From: Psychroflexus sp. | GTDB taxonomy: Bacteria > Bacteroidota > Bacteroidia > Flavobacteriales > Flavobacteriaceae | Direction of reading: 5' to 3' | NCBI GenBank assembly: GCA_965656295.1 | Contig: CBFHKB010000002.1 | Location: 5,992 to 69,991, forward strand | DNA length: 64,000 nt | Shown here: positions 8,895-17,916 of the stretch, one piece after another | Numbering within the stretch: position 1 is the first letter of the stretch | Layout: the number at the start of each line of letters is the position of its first letter | Notes under the pieces: generated by a model | Told to the model about the DNA's origin: nothing | Databases searched by the model: none | What the model saw: the letters and a program-made list of their open reading frames with translations, nothing else | Position numbers and translations under genes: made by a program

Positions 8895-9986
8895 ATGCAC
8901 ATACAGGAATTATCTTTACTTAATTATAAAAATTTCAATCAGCTACATCTCAATTTAGACCAACATATTAATTGTTTGGTAGGGGACAATGGTATTGGGA
9001 AAACCAACGTGTTAGATGCGATTTACCATCTTGCTTTTGGTAAAAGCTATTTTAATCCTGTAAGCAGTCAAAATATCACCCATGGCGAAGATTTTTTTGT
9101 AGTCGACGGTTGTTTTCAAAAAGAAACAAAAACCGAGCGCGTTGTCGTGAGTTTTAAGAAAACACAAAAAAAAGTCATTAAGCGCAACTCTAAGATTTAC
9201 GACAAGTTTAGTGATCATATTGGTTTAATTCCTCTGGTTATTATTTCACCAACAGATCGTGATTTAATCTTAGAAGGTAGCGATGTTAGGCGCAAATTTA
9301 TAGACGCTGTTATTGCACAATCTAACAAAGCTTATTTAGATCAAGTGATTAACTATAATAAGGTTTTAGCACAGCGTAACGCCTTGCTGAAGTACTTTGC
9401 AGCTAATCGCACATTTAATCAGGATTCGCTTTTGGTTTATAACGAACAATTAGCCATATATGCTGCATCAATTTTTGAGGCTAGAGAACAATTTGTAGAG
9501 CAATTTATGCCCATATTAAAACAACGATATAAAGATATAAGTAGTGGCGGTGAAGAAATTAATATACGTTATAAAAGCCAACTTTATGAAAGTAATTTGC
9601 TTGAACTATTAAATAAAAACCAAACTAAAGATTTGCAACGCCAGCATACCACAGTTGGTATTCATAAAGACGATTTAATATTTAATATTAATCAACATCC
9701 CATTAAGAAATTTGGCTCTCAGGGACAGCAAAAATCGTATTTAATCGCCTTGAAATTTGCTCAATATGATTTCATGAAGGCTAAAAGCGGATTTAAACCT
9801 ATTGTGCTTCTTGATGATATTTTTGATAAGCTAGACGAAACTCGTGTGGCTCAAATTGTGAGTATGGTAACACGCGACGATATGGGACAGTTATTTATTA
9901 GCGATACTCACCCAGAACGCACAGAAGCTGTCGTTAAATCAAGCACAGCTAATTATAAAATGATTAATTTAAAAAAACAGGCATGA
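8895..9986 (+). CDS. recF: DNA replication and repair protein RecF
   Basis: Walker [15 protein letters not shown], an SMC-like signature region (GSQGQQKS) and Walker [12 protein letters not shown]. Confidence 0.93.
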   Translation: MHIQELSLLNYKNFNQLHLNLDQHINCLVGDNGIGKTNVLDAIYHLAFGKSYFNPVSSQNITHGEDFFVVDGCFQKETKTERVVVSFKKTQKKVIKRNSKIYDKFSDHIGLIPLVIISPTDRDLILEGSDVRRKFIDAVIAQSNKAYLDQVINYNKVLAQRNALLKYFAANRTFNQDSLLVYNEQLAIYAASIFEAREQFVEQFMPILKQRYKDISSGGEEINIRYKSQLYESNLLELLNKNQTKDLQRQHTTVGIHKDDLIFNINQHPIKKFGSQGQQKSYLIALKFAQYDFMKAKSGFKPIVLLDDIFDKLDETRVAQIVSMVTRDDMGQLFISDTHPERTEAVVKSSTANYKMINLKKQA

Positions 9987-10405
9987 GGTATCTCTATTTA
10001 TTAGCACTTGGTATTTTAATAGTATCTTGTCAAGATCAAACATATGATTTACAAACTATTAATGGCTATTGGGAAATCCAAAACGCCAACACACCGTACG
10101 GCAGTAAAACCTATAAAATTAATAAAAGTGTAGATTATTTTTACTTAAAAACCGACTCTACTGGTTTTAGAAAAAAAGTTCAACCAAGCTTATTAGGAAA
10201 ACACAAGGTTACTGAAGATGCTGAAACTTTTGCATTTGTGTATCAAAATGACAGTCTTAAAATTGAATTTACCTCTCCATACGATCAATGGTATGAAACT
10301 GTTTTAGAACTAAAGGAAGATCAATTGATACTAAAAAACAACGCTAATATTATTTATATCTACAAGCGATTTGAACCTATTGAAGTCGAAGAGAATGAGC
10401 GCTAA
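9983..10405 (+). CDS. small lipoprotein, unknown function (lipocalin-like size)
   Basis: Signal peptide with lipobox LIVSC. Overlaps the recF stop by 4 nt and the DUF721 start by 11 nt. Confidence 0.6.
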   Translation: MRYLYLLALGILIVSCQDQTYDLQTINGYWEIQNANTPYGSKTYKINKSVDYFYLKTDSTGFRKKVQPSLLGKHKVTEDAETFAFVYQNDSLKIEFTSPYDQWYETVLELKEDQLILKNNANIIYIYKRFEPIEVEENER

Positions 10406-10706
10406 CAAACCCCATAAACGTCAGCGAGAAGAGCAGAGCCTAAAAGACGTACTTGGTGCATTTAAAAAAAACCTTAAGCTAGAAAAAGGGCTTAACAAAG
10501 TTGAAGTTGAAGATCTTTGGTACAAAGAATTAGGTCCAGGAATAAAAAACTACACCAAAAGCGTAAGATTTAACAACGGGACATTAATCGTTAAGTTAAG
10601 CTCCTCAACCTTAAGGCAAGAACTTAGCTATGGCAAATCCAAAATCATACTCCGGCTTAATGAGCAGTTGCCGCAACCCATTATAGAACGTATAGTGCTC
10701 AGTTAG
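10395..10706 (+). CDS. DUF721 (DciA-like) protein
   Basis: About 100 aa, basic N-terminus, in a recF-linked position typical of DUF721. Start set at the ATG at 10395 ([10 protein letters not shown]). Confidence 0.65.
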   Translation: MSANKPHKRQREEQSLKDVLGAFKKNLKLEKGLNKVEVEDLWYKELGPGIKNYTKSVRFNNGTLIVKLSSSTLRQELSYGKSKIILRLNEQLPQPIIERIVLS

Positions 10707-11020
10707 CTGGTGAGTCCAGGAATGTCAGGTAGGCCATTTTTAGCCGCTGCAGAAACTTCAGCTTCATTAACTTCTGTTGCTTTTTTAATAGCCTTGTTAA
10801 GTGTTAGTATTAAGTAATCTTCTAACATTTCTTTATCTTCTAGCAGCTCATCACTAATTGTAATCGATTTAATTTCGCGATTAGCAGTAATTACAGTTTT
10901 TAAAAGGCCATCGTTTGAGGCTTCAGTTAAACTTACCGTGTCAAGCCGTTTCTTGGTTTCTTCAACTTTTGCTTGGGCTTCTTTAATTTTTCCCATCATG
11001 CCCATCATATCTCCAAACAT
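10703..11020 (-). CDS. ybaB: YbaB/EbfC family nucleoid-associated protein
   Basis: 105 aa. [22 protein letters not shown] plus a central beta region and C-terminal helix typical of YbaB. Confidence 0.8.
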   Translation of the reverse strand: MFGDMMGMMGKIKEAQAKVEETKKRLDTVSLTEASNDGLLKTVITANREIKSITISDELLEDKEMLEDYLILTLNKAIKKATEVNEAEVSAAAKNGLPDIPGLTS

Positions 11021-11120
11021 ATTATTTTTTTTGGAGGTAAAATTACAAAATACATCGACTTTAATTCAGCTGCTAATTTTAAAATTTTAGTTAAGTATTA
11101 TTTTCCTCTGGGTAGAAACT

Positions 11121-11128
11121 TATATTTG
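11121..11128 (+). promoter_or_regulatory. -7 box (TAnnTTTG) upstream of the oligopeptidase B gene
   Basis: TATATTTG, 14 nt before the TTG start at 11143. Confidence 0.45.
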
Positions 11129-11142
11129 CGAAAAAAAAAGCC

Positions 11143-13194
11143 TTGAACACACCACCAAAAGCCAACAAGATTCCTCATCAACTTGAGGCTCATAAAGACC
11201 TAAGAATAGATAATTACTATTGGCTCAACGATCGTGAAAACCCAGAAGTTAAAGCTTATTTAGAAGCTGAAAACGCTTATTACAAAGCTGAAACTTCTCA
11301 TTTAAACAAATTTTCAGAGAATCTTTTCGAAGAGATAAAATCTCGAATTAAAGAAGATGATGAGTCTGTACCATACTTTTTAGACCATTATTGGTATCAA
11401 GCTAAATTTGAAACGGGTAAAGACTATCCTGTTTACTATCGGTATTATAAATCCTTACGGGCAAAACCTGAACTGTTGTTTGATGAAAATGAAATGGCGA
11501 AAGACTTTGACTATTTTAAACTCACAGGTATTGCTATTTCACCTAACAATCAAATGGCTTCTTTTGGAGTGGATCAGGTAAGTAGGCGTGAGTATACCAT
11601 TCAAATTAAAAATCTAGAAACGGGTGAATTATACCCAGAAAAAATTGAAAAAACCACAGGAAGCTCGTGTTGGGCAAATGATAATAAGACCTTGTTTTAT
11701 ACGCGAAAGGATCCTCAAACCTTACGTTCATATCGTATTTATAAACATGTTTTAGGGACCGATGTGAATGATGATATATTGGTGTATGAAGAACAAGATG
11801 AAACCTATAATTGTTTTGTATATCGATCAAAATCAAAACAATTTATTGTTATCGGATCTTCTGCAACCTTGCAGGATGAATATCGATTTATAGACGCCAA
11901 TACACCCGACGCACCATTTAAACTGCTGCAAGAACGAACACCAAAACTGGAGTATAGTGCTATGCATTATGGCGATTACTTTTACCTTTTAACTAATAAA
12001 GATAAGGCCCAAAACTTTAAATTAATGCGTACACCCATTCAACATACAGGGGTTGAGCACTGGGAAGAAGTTATTGGTCATCGTCATGATGTTTTAATTG
12101 AAGATGTTGAACTCTTTAAAAATTATTTAGTCCTAACCGAGCGCTTTAATGGATTGTCAAGACTACGTGTGATTTCTTGGGATCTAGAAGAAGACTATTT
12201 TATACCTATTTCAAGTGAAACATACACTCTAGGGACATCAACAAATCCTGATTTTAATACCGATACATTTAGATATGTATTTAGTTCGTTAACAACACCA
12301 ACTTCTGTGTTCGATTACAATATGCGAACCAAGTTTGAAGTTAAAATGAAACAACAGCCTGTGTTGGATGAAAGTTTTAAACCTTCTAACTATATAGAAG
12401 AGCGACAATGGGCTACGGCTAAAGACGGAACTAAAATACCAATGTCTATTATTTATAAAAAAGGTATAGAGCGCGATGGTAGTAACCCGTTACTTCAATA
12501 CGGTTATGGAAGTTATGGGCATACGATAGATCCTTATTTTTCATCCAGTCGTTTAAGTTTACTCAACCGTGGTTTTGTGTTTGTTATTGCACATGTACGT
12601 GGTGGTGAATATTTAGGAAGAGAATGGTATGAGCAAGGTAAAATGCTTCAAAAGCAAAATACCTTTACCGATTTTATAGCGGTCAGCGAATATTTAATTC
12701 AACATAAATATACCACCCCTGAAGCCTTGTTTGCTATGGGTGGTTCAGCAGGCGGCTTGCTTATTGGTAGCGTTATTAATAAGCGTCCAGAGTTATACAA
12801 AGGCGTGATTGCTGCAGTGCCATTTGTAGATGTAGTAACCACTATGCTAGATGATAGTATACCTTTAACCACAGGTGAGTACGACGAATGGGGTAATCCT
12901 AATCAAGCTGAATATTATCATTACATTAAATCTTATTCGCCCTATGATAATGTGGGCAATCATAATTATCCTAACCTGTTAGTTACTACAGGGTTTTATG
13001 ATTCACAAGTTCAATATTGGGAGCCTGCCAAATGGGTAGCTAAGCTTAGAGAGCAAACTAACTTTACCAATAAGTTGTTTTTAGAGACTAATATGAGCAC
13101 CGGCCATGGAGGTGCTTCTGGTCGCTTTGAAGCATTAAAAGAGATGGCCAAAGAGTATACATTTTTGTTTGATTTAGCTGATATCAAAAGTTAA
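11143..13194 (+). CDS. ptrB: S9A prolyl oligopeptidase family serine peptidase (oligopeptidase B-like)
   Basis: N-terminal beta-propeller region with DNYYWL.DRENPEV. Nucleophile elbow GGSAGGLL and a C-terminal Asp/His region (DSQVQYWEPAKW, TGHGG). TTG start (no in-frame ATG for more than 100 codons). Confidence 0.88.
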   Translation: MNTPPKANKIPHQLEAHKDLRIDNYYWLNDRENPEVKAYLEAENAYYKAETSHLNKFSENLFEEIKSRIKEDDESVPYFLDHYWYQAKFETGKDYPVYYRYYKSLRAKPELLFDENEMAKDFDYFKLTGIAISPNNQMASFGVDQVSRREYTIQIKNLETGELYPEKIEKTTGSSCWANDNKTLFYTRKDPQTLRSYRIYKHVLGTDVNDDILVYEEQDETYNCFVYRSKSKQFIVIGSSATLQDEYRFIDANTPDAPFKLLQERTPKLEYSAMHYGDYFYLLTNKDKAQNFKLMRTPIQHTGVEHWEEVIGHRHDVLIEDVELFKNYLVLTERFNGLSRLRVISWDLEEDYFIPISSETYTLGTSTNPDFNTDTFRYVFSSLTTPTSVFDYNMRTKFEVKMKQQPVLDESFKPSNYIEERQWATAKDGTKIPMSIIYKKGIERDGSNPLLQYGYGSYGHTIDPYFSSSRLSLLNRGFVFVIAHVRGGEYLGREWYEQGKMLQKQNTFTDFIAVSEYLIQHKYTTPEALFAMGGSAGGLLIGSVINKRPELYKGVIAAVPFVDVVTTMLDDSIPLTTGEYDEWGNPNQAEYYHYIKSYSPYDNVGNHNYPNLLVTTGFYDSQVQYWEPAKWVAKLREQTNFTNKLFLETNMSTGHGGASGRFEALKEMAKEYTFLFDLADIKS

Positions 13195-13208
13195 TCAAAA
13201 AAAAATTG

Positions 13209-13216
13209 TACTTTTG
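13209..13216 (+). promoter_or_regulatory. -7 box (TAnnTTTG) upstream of the PLP enzyme pair
   Basis: TACTTTTG, 30 nt before the ATG at 13247. Confidence 0.45.
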
Positions 13217-13246
13217 CCAATTGAATTTTAACCATTGGTTTAGTAT

Positions 13247-14314
13247 ATGCAGGGTAAAGAAAAGTGTTTTATGCATGGTGAAATGAATGTTCATAATAAC
13301 GTTTTAGAGATGATAGGTTGTACACCTTTAGTTCGTCTTAATACGATTACAAAACACCTGAAGGGTGATTTTTTTGTAAAATACGAAGCTCAAAACCCAG
13401 GACATTCTTCTAAAGACCGGATTGCACTCTATATTTTAGATAGGGCAGAAAAAGAAGGCCGAATAAAGCCAGGTGACACTGTAGTTGAAACTACCTCCGG
13501 TAACACAGGTTTTAGCTTAGCAATGGCTTGCGCTGTAAAAGGTTACAGTTGTATTTTGGCTGTTAGTGATAAGTCGTCAAAGGACAAAATATCGCTGCTA
13601 AAAACAATGGGAGCCGAGGTTCATGTGTGTCCTGCTAATGTGCCGCCAGAAGACCCAAAGTCATACTATGAAGTAGCTAAACGTATTCAAAAAGAAACAC
13701 CAAACTCAATTTATATCAACCAATATTTTAATAGTTTAAATATTGATGCTCACTATCTTTCTACGGGTCCAGAAATCTGGAAACAAACAGAAGGTAAAAT
13801 CACTCATCTTGTGGCTTGTAGTGGGACAGGTGGAACCATATCAGGTACAGCTCGCTACTTAAAAGAGCAAAACCCAGCTATTAAAATTTTAGGTATAGAT
13901 GCTTACGGTTCTATTATAAAAAAATACCACGAAACAAAAACGCTAGATAAAAACGAAATTTATCCCTACAAGATTGAAGGTCTTGGGAAAAATCTTGTTC
14001 CAACAGCTACCGATTTTGATGTGATAGATAGTTTTACAAAAGTAACTGATGCTGAAAGTGCTTTTATGGCCCGAGATATTGCTAAAGCTGAAGGCATGTT
14101 TGTAGGGTATACAAGTGGTGCTGCAATGCAAGGCGTAATGCAACTTGCAGAAAACAATGAATTTGATCAAAATAGCCATGTGGTTGTTATTTTTCCAGAT
14201 CATGGCTCTAGATATATGAGTAAAATATACAGTGATACTTGGATGGAAACTCAAGGATTTATTCGAAATGAAGAAAGCCAAGTTGCTGGAAAAAAGCTTA
14301 CTAAAGTAAGCTAA
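13247..14314 (+). CDS. fold-type II PLP enzyme of the CBS/CysK family without CBS regulatory domains; candidate cysteate synthase
   Basis: PLP-Lys motif SSKDR, TSGNTG and GTGGTISG loops. The family call is solid. The cysteate synthase role is inferred from the neighbouring gene. Confidence 0.8.
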   Translation: MQGKEKCFMHGEMNVHNNVLEMIGCTPLVRLNTITKHLKGDFFVKYEAQNPGHSSKDRIALYILDRAEKEGRIKPGDTVVETTSGNTGFSLAMACAVKGYSCILAVSDKSSKDKISLLKTMGAEVHVCPANVPPEDPKSYYEVAKRIQKETPNSIYINQYFNSLNIDAHYLSTGPEIWKQTEGKITHLVACSGTGGTISGTARYLKEQNPAIKILGIDAYGSIIKKYHETKTLDKNEIYPYKIEGLGKNLVPTATDFDVIDSFTKVTDAESAFMARDIAKAEGMFVGYTSGAAMQGVMQLAENNEFDQNSHVVVIFPDHGSRYMSKIYSDTWMETQGFIRNEESQVAGKKLTKVS

Positions 14315-14347
14315 AAAATAGTTTGTTTAACAACTAGTACTAAAATT

Positions 14348-15607
14348 ATGAAAGATTTATTTGCGAAAATTTACAGAGATAAAGGGCCTTTGGGTAAATG
14401 GGCAGACCAAGCCGAAGGTTATTTTGTTTTTCCAAAATTAGAAGGTCAAATAAGCAATCGAATGAAGTTTCAAGGTAGAGAAGTGATTACCTGGAGTATA
14501 AACGACTACCTTGGCCTTGGAAATCATCCTGAAGTCAGGAAAGTAGATGCAGAGGCTGCTAAAAAGTACGGAAGTGCCTATCCAATGGGTGCTCGAATGA
14601 TGAGTGGCCACACCGATTTGCATGAAAAGTTGCAAAATGAATTAGCTGACTTTGTAAGTAAAGAAGCTGCCTATGTTTTAAACTTCGGTTATCAAGGGAT
14701 TATGTCAACCATTGATGCGCTTGTAGGAAAAGACGATGTTATTGTATATGATGTAGATGCTCACGCTTGTATTATTGATGGGGTACGTTTACACTTAGGT
14801 AAACGATTTACGTATAAGCATAATGATTTAGATAGCATTGAATTAAACTTAGCTCGCGCTGAAAAAATAGCAGAACAAACAGGTGGTGGCGTACTCTTTA
14901 TTTCTGAAGGTGTCTTTGGAATGCGTGGTGAGCAAGGTAAGCTTAAGGAAATAGTTGAATTAAAGAAAAAATATAACTTTAGATTACTAGTTGATGATGC
15001 TCACGGTTTCGGAACTTTAGGTGAAACTGGTGCTGGCGCTGGAGAAGAGCAAGGTGTTCAAGACGAAATAGACGTTTATTTTGCCACTTTTGCCAAGTCT
15101 CTTGCCAGTACAGGTGCATTTATTGCAGGTGATAAGGAAATAATTGAGTACTTAAAATACAACCTTAGGTCTCAGATGTTTGCTAAATCTCTTCAAATGA
15201 CGTTAGTTGAAGGTGCACTTAAACGCCTTGACATGCTTAGAACTATGCCAGAGTTAAAGAATAAACTTTGGGAAAATGTAAATGCACTTCAAAGTGGTTT
15301 AAAAGATAATGGATTTGATATTGGTACTACATCAAGCTGTGTAACTCCGGTTTATTTAAAGGGAAGTATTCCTGAAGCAATGGCCTTAGTAAAAGATTTA
15401 AGAGAAAATCACGGGATATTTTGTTCTATTGTCGTTTACCCTGTTATCCCTAAAGGTTTAATTTTACTTCGAATGATCCCTACGGCTACGCATACCATGG
15501 AAGATATCGACTTAACCTTAAAAGCTTTTTCAGCGATAAGAGAACGCCTAGAAAACGGAACATACAAAAAGCTATCAGCTTCTCTAATGAATCAAAAAGA
15601 TTCATAA
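14348..15607 (+). CDS. alpha-oxoamine synthase family PLP enzyme, serine-palmitoyltransferase-like; candidate cysteate-C-fatty-acyltransferase
   Basis: DDAHGFG and the PLP-Lys motif ATFAKSL. The N-terminus GYFVFPKLEG..GREVITWSINDYLGL resembles SPT-type rather than BioF/Kbl-type enzymes. Confidence 0.85.
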   Translation: MKDLFAKIYRDKGPLGKWADQAEGYFVFPKLEGQISNRMKFQGREVITWSINDYLGLGNHPEVRKVDAEAAKKYGSAYPMGARMMSGHTDLHEKLQNELADFVSKEAAYVLNFGYQGIMSTIDALVGKDDVIVYDVDAHACIIDGVRLHLGKRFTYKHNDLDSIELNLARAEKIAEQTGGGVLFISEGVFGMRGEQGKLKEIVELKKKYNFRLLVDDAHGFGTLGETGAGAGEEQGVQDEIDVYFATFAKSLASTGAFIAGDKEIIEYLKYNLRSQMFAKSLQMTLVEGALKRLDMLRTMPELKNKLWENVNALQSGLKDNGFDIGTTSSCVTPVYLKGSIPEAMALVKDLRENHGIFCSIVVYPVIPKGLILLRMIPTATHTMEDIDLTLKAFSAIRERLENGTYKKLSASLMNQKDS

Positions 15608-15634
15608 TCTAAGCTATACGAAAGTTTTTAACCT

Positions 15635-15667
15635 AAAAAGCCTGAAATTAATTTCAGGCTTTTTTTA
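15635..15667 (+). terminator. rho-independent terminator after the alpha-oxoamine synthase gene
   Basis: AGCCTGAAAT-TA-ATTTCAGGCT perfect stem followed by T6. Confidence 0.8.
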
Positions 15668-15670
15668 TAT

Positions 15671-15697
15671 AAAAAGGCTACCAATTTGGTAGCCTTT
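15671..15697 (-). terminator. hairpin terminator, probably closing the rsmD operon
   Basis: AGGCTACCA-ATT-TGGTAGCCT stem with an A5 run on the plus strand (T5 on the minus strand). About 120 nt downstream of the rsmD stop. Confidence 0.5.
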
Positions 15698-15819
15698 AAA
15701 TTATAGCTTTAATAAATTAAAACTATACCCAACAACAATATTAATATTTTATATAAGCAAATCTAACTTATTTTTTAGTCTTTATAGTTTGATTATTGCT
15801 GAAGCTAATTAGTTCTTGC

Positions 15820-16371
15820 TTAAGATTTTGTTACTTTCCTAAAAAATGAAAAAATTGACAAACCATAATTTCTATATTCTGTGATATAATTGTGATCAGA
15901 CAGGTCTATAAATTTCGAATGCTCAACAATTAGAAGAGAATTTTCATTGATTAATAACTTCTGTTGGATTACTGTGTTAATTAAATCCGTGAGCTTAGAA
16001 GTTTCGATTTCGTAAGGTGGGTCTGCAAAAATAACATCAAACTGCTTTGGTGTTTGCTGGAGGTATTGTAAAGCATCACTTTTAATAACTTTACATTCTG
16101 CTTCTAGTAATTCTGAGGTTTCTGTTAAGTAACGACAACATTTTTGATTGGCATCTACACATGTGATATCTTTAGTGCCTCTAGACGCAAATTCAAACGC
16201 TATAGATCCAATGCCGCTAAAAAGATCTAATACTGCTAAATCAGAGAATTGAAACTGATGCATCAATATATTAAACAAAGCTTCTTTAGCACGATCTGTA
16301 GTCGGTCGCACAGGTAATTTTTTTGGAGCTTGAAGCCTACGTCCCTTATGAGTTCCAGAAATTATTCGCAT
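15820..16371 (-). CDS. rsmD: 16S rRNA (guanine966-N2)-methyltransferase RsmD
   Basis: MRIISG..KGRRL N-terminus, SAM motif LDLFSGIGS and catalytic ADPPYE. Confidence 0.9.
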   Translation of the reverse strand: MRIISGTHKGRRLQAPKKLPVRPTTDRAKEALFNILMHQFQFSDLAVLDLFSGIGSIAFEFASRGTKDITCVDANQKCCRYLTETSELLEAECKVIKSDALQYLQQTPKQFDVIFADPPYEIETSKLTDLINTVIQQKLLINENSLLIVEHSKFIDLSDHNYITEYRNYGLSIFSFFRKVTKS

Positions 16372-17177
16372 ATATCGTTAATGAACTTATGTTGGTTAAA
16401 ATAGGGGTTTATTGTATTCTCTTCTTTATAAAAGTCTTTAAACTTGAAATCACTAATGTATAGCTCTAGAAGTTGTTCTAGTTTAACAATACTGTATAAA
16501 GAAGAGAAACGTATTAAATGGGTCTTAACGCTTTCTCGATCTATTTCATTAACTTCAAGACAATACAATACATAGTACATAATATCTTCTTCTGAGGTTA
16601 CTTCAAATGAATTGCCTAATAACAATTTATTATTATCTATAATACAAATGTCTAAGCTGTGTTGGTTAATGAACGCAATACAATATAAGCCTGTATTTTG
16701 ATAGGTGCTTGAAGCTTTTAAGTAGTTGCTAATGTGATGTGTGTGATTAAAACTTCCAAATAGGTCAAAGAGTAAATTATTTACGTTGGCAAAAGGAATA
16801 AACGTAACGGCTATCTCTTCATTAAAAACGTAATCTACACTAAAATTATCAGTGGTTGTTAGTTGAATAGAGTATTTAGCAGCATGGGCAAGCTCAGACT
16901 GTTGAGGTTGAGTTAATTCTTTAGGGATAAGATTGTAATCTTGATTACAGTAAATTAAGTCAACCTTTTTAATCTGTTCGTTGCTATGGTTTTGGAGGTG
17001 ATTTTTTAGTTTTTCTTCAATTTCAATATGAAGTTCTTGATGTTGGTCAAGGCTTACGTAATCGTGATATTCAACATTAGACTGGTTCAAGTATAAAAAA
17101 GAAAGTCCATTTTGAGTGATCAAAATGGACAATTTCTGATATGTTTTAGTGGTATCTAAATTAGTCTTTGTCGCCAT
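16362..17177 (-). CDS. DUF3822-like protein
   Basis: 271-aa soluble protein overlapping rsmD by 10 nt. Family assignment is from memory of Bacteroidota rsmD neighbours. Confidence 0.55.
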   Translation of the reverse strand: MATKTNLDTTKTYQKLSILITQNGLSFLYLNQSNVEYHDYVSLDQHQELHIEIEEKLKNHLQNHSNEQIKKVDLIYCNQDYNLIPKELTQPQQSELAHAAKYSIQLTTTDNFSVDYVFNEEIAVTFIPFANVNNLLFDLFGSFNHTHHISNYLKASSTYQNTGLYCIAFINQHSLDICIIDNNKLLLGNSFEVTSEEDIMYYVLYCLEVNEIDRESVKTHLIRFSSLYSIVKLEQLLELYISDFKFKDFYKEENTINPYFNQHKFINDICE

Positions 17178-17808
17178 AATTTTTTGGCCAGTTACCGCTT
17201 GTATTAACTTCTGTCATAGAACCTACTTTAATATAAGCACCATTTACACCGTCTACAGCAACAGTTTGTTTTTCTTGTATAACTAAGTCTTGGTCTAAAT
17301 CACTTAAAATATCAGACTTATCAATTTTAGCTTCAAAAACAGGAATCATGTTACCGTCTTTATCAAGCATGCCTGCATTTAATTCAAATTTCTTACCATC
17401 GGTGAATGGTACATTCATCATGTTCTTATAACGATCAGAACCTTTAAAAATTGAATCTTTAACATTTACGTAACCAAGAGTGTCAATCACTACATCTTCA
17501 ACATATTCATCTACACCATAACGTTTTTTGTATTCCTCATCAAGGTAAGTTGTATCACGACGTTGTGTTACAACAAATTGAGCGGTATCTATAAATCGCA
17601 CTAAACTATCGTAAGAACCATTAAATCGACCTGTCACTTCTTTGTAAGCTAGCTCGGCATCTCTAATGTCTTTTAACTTTTCAATAACTTCAGCATAACG
17701 TTTTTCTTTAGCCTTGTTAAATTCAACTGGTCCATAAACCGATTTATAAGTGAAGTAACCTAATACTACGATTACAACGGTTAATAAAATTTGAATAACA
17801 ATTTTCAT
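17161..17808 (-). CDS. N-terminally membrane-anchored protein, unknown function (pilin-like N-terminal architecture)
   Basis: The track start at 17835 is a GTG, and the ATG at 17806-17808 gives MKIVIQILLTVVIVVLGYF. One TM helix is followed by IRDAELAYKEVTGRFNGSYDSL. The 3' end overlaps the next gene by 17 nt. Confidence 0.55.
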   Translation of the reverse strand: MKIVIQILLTVVIVVLGYFTYKSVYGPVEFNKAKEKRYAEVIEKLKDIRDAELAYKEVTGRFNGSYDSLVRFIDTAQFVVTQRRDTTYLDEEYKKRYGVDEYVEDVVIDTLGYVNVKDSIFKGSDRYKNMMNVPFTDGKKFELNAGMLDKDGNMIPVFEAKIDKSDILSDLDQDLVIQEKQTVAVDGVNGAYIKVGSMTEVNTSGNWPKNYGDKD

Positions 17809-17889
17809 AAGTATATTATTAAATTTACGATGCACACAAATCTACAACTTTTTTTTAATCACAAAAGTATAACATCTAAAAAAGCTTGG

Positions 17890-17897
17890 TATATTTG
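17890..17897 (+). promoter_or_regulatory. -7 box (TAnnTTTG) upstream of the helicase gene
   Basis: TATATTTG, 19 nt before the ATG at 17917. Confidence 0.45.
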
Positions 17898-17916
17898 ATG
17901 TTTAATTAACTCTTCT

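Noticed and set aside
13943-14281. 112-aa and 63-aa minus-strand ORFs inside the CBS/CysK-fold gene.
   Set aside because: They are antisense shadow ORFs of a well-supported PLP enzyme gene, with no recognisable motifs.
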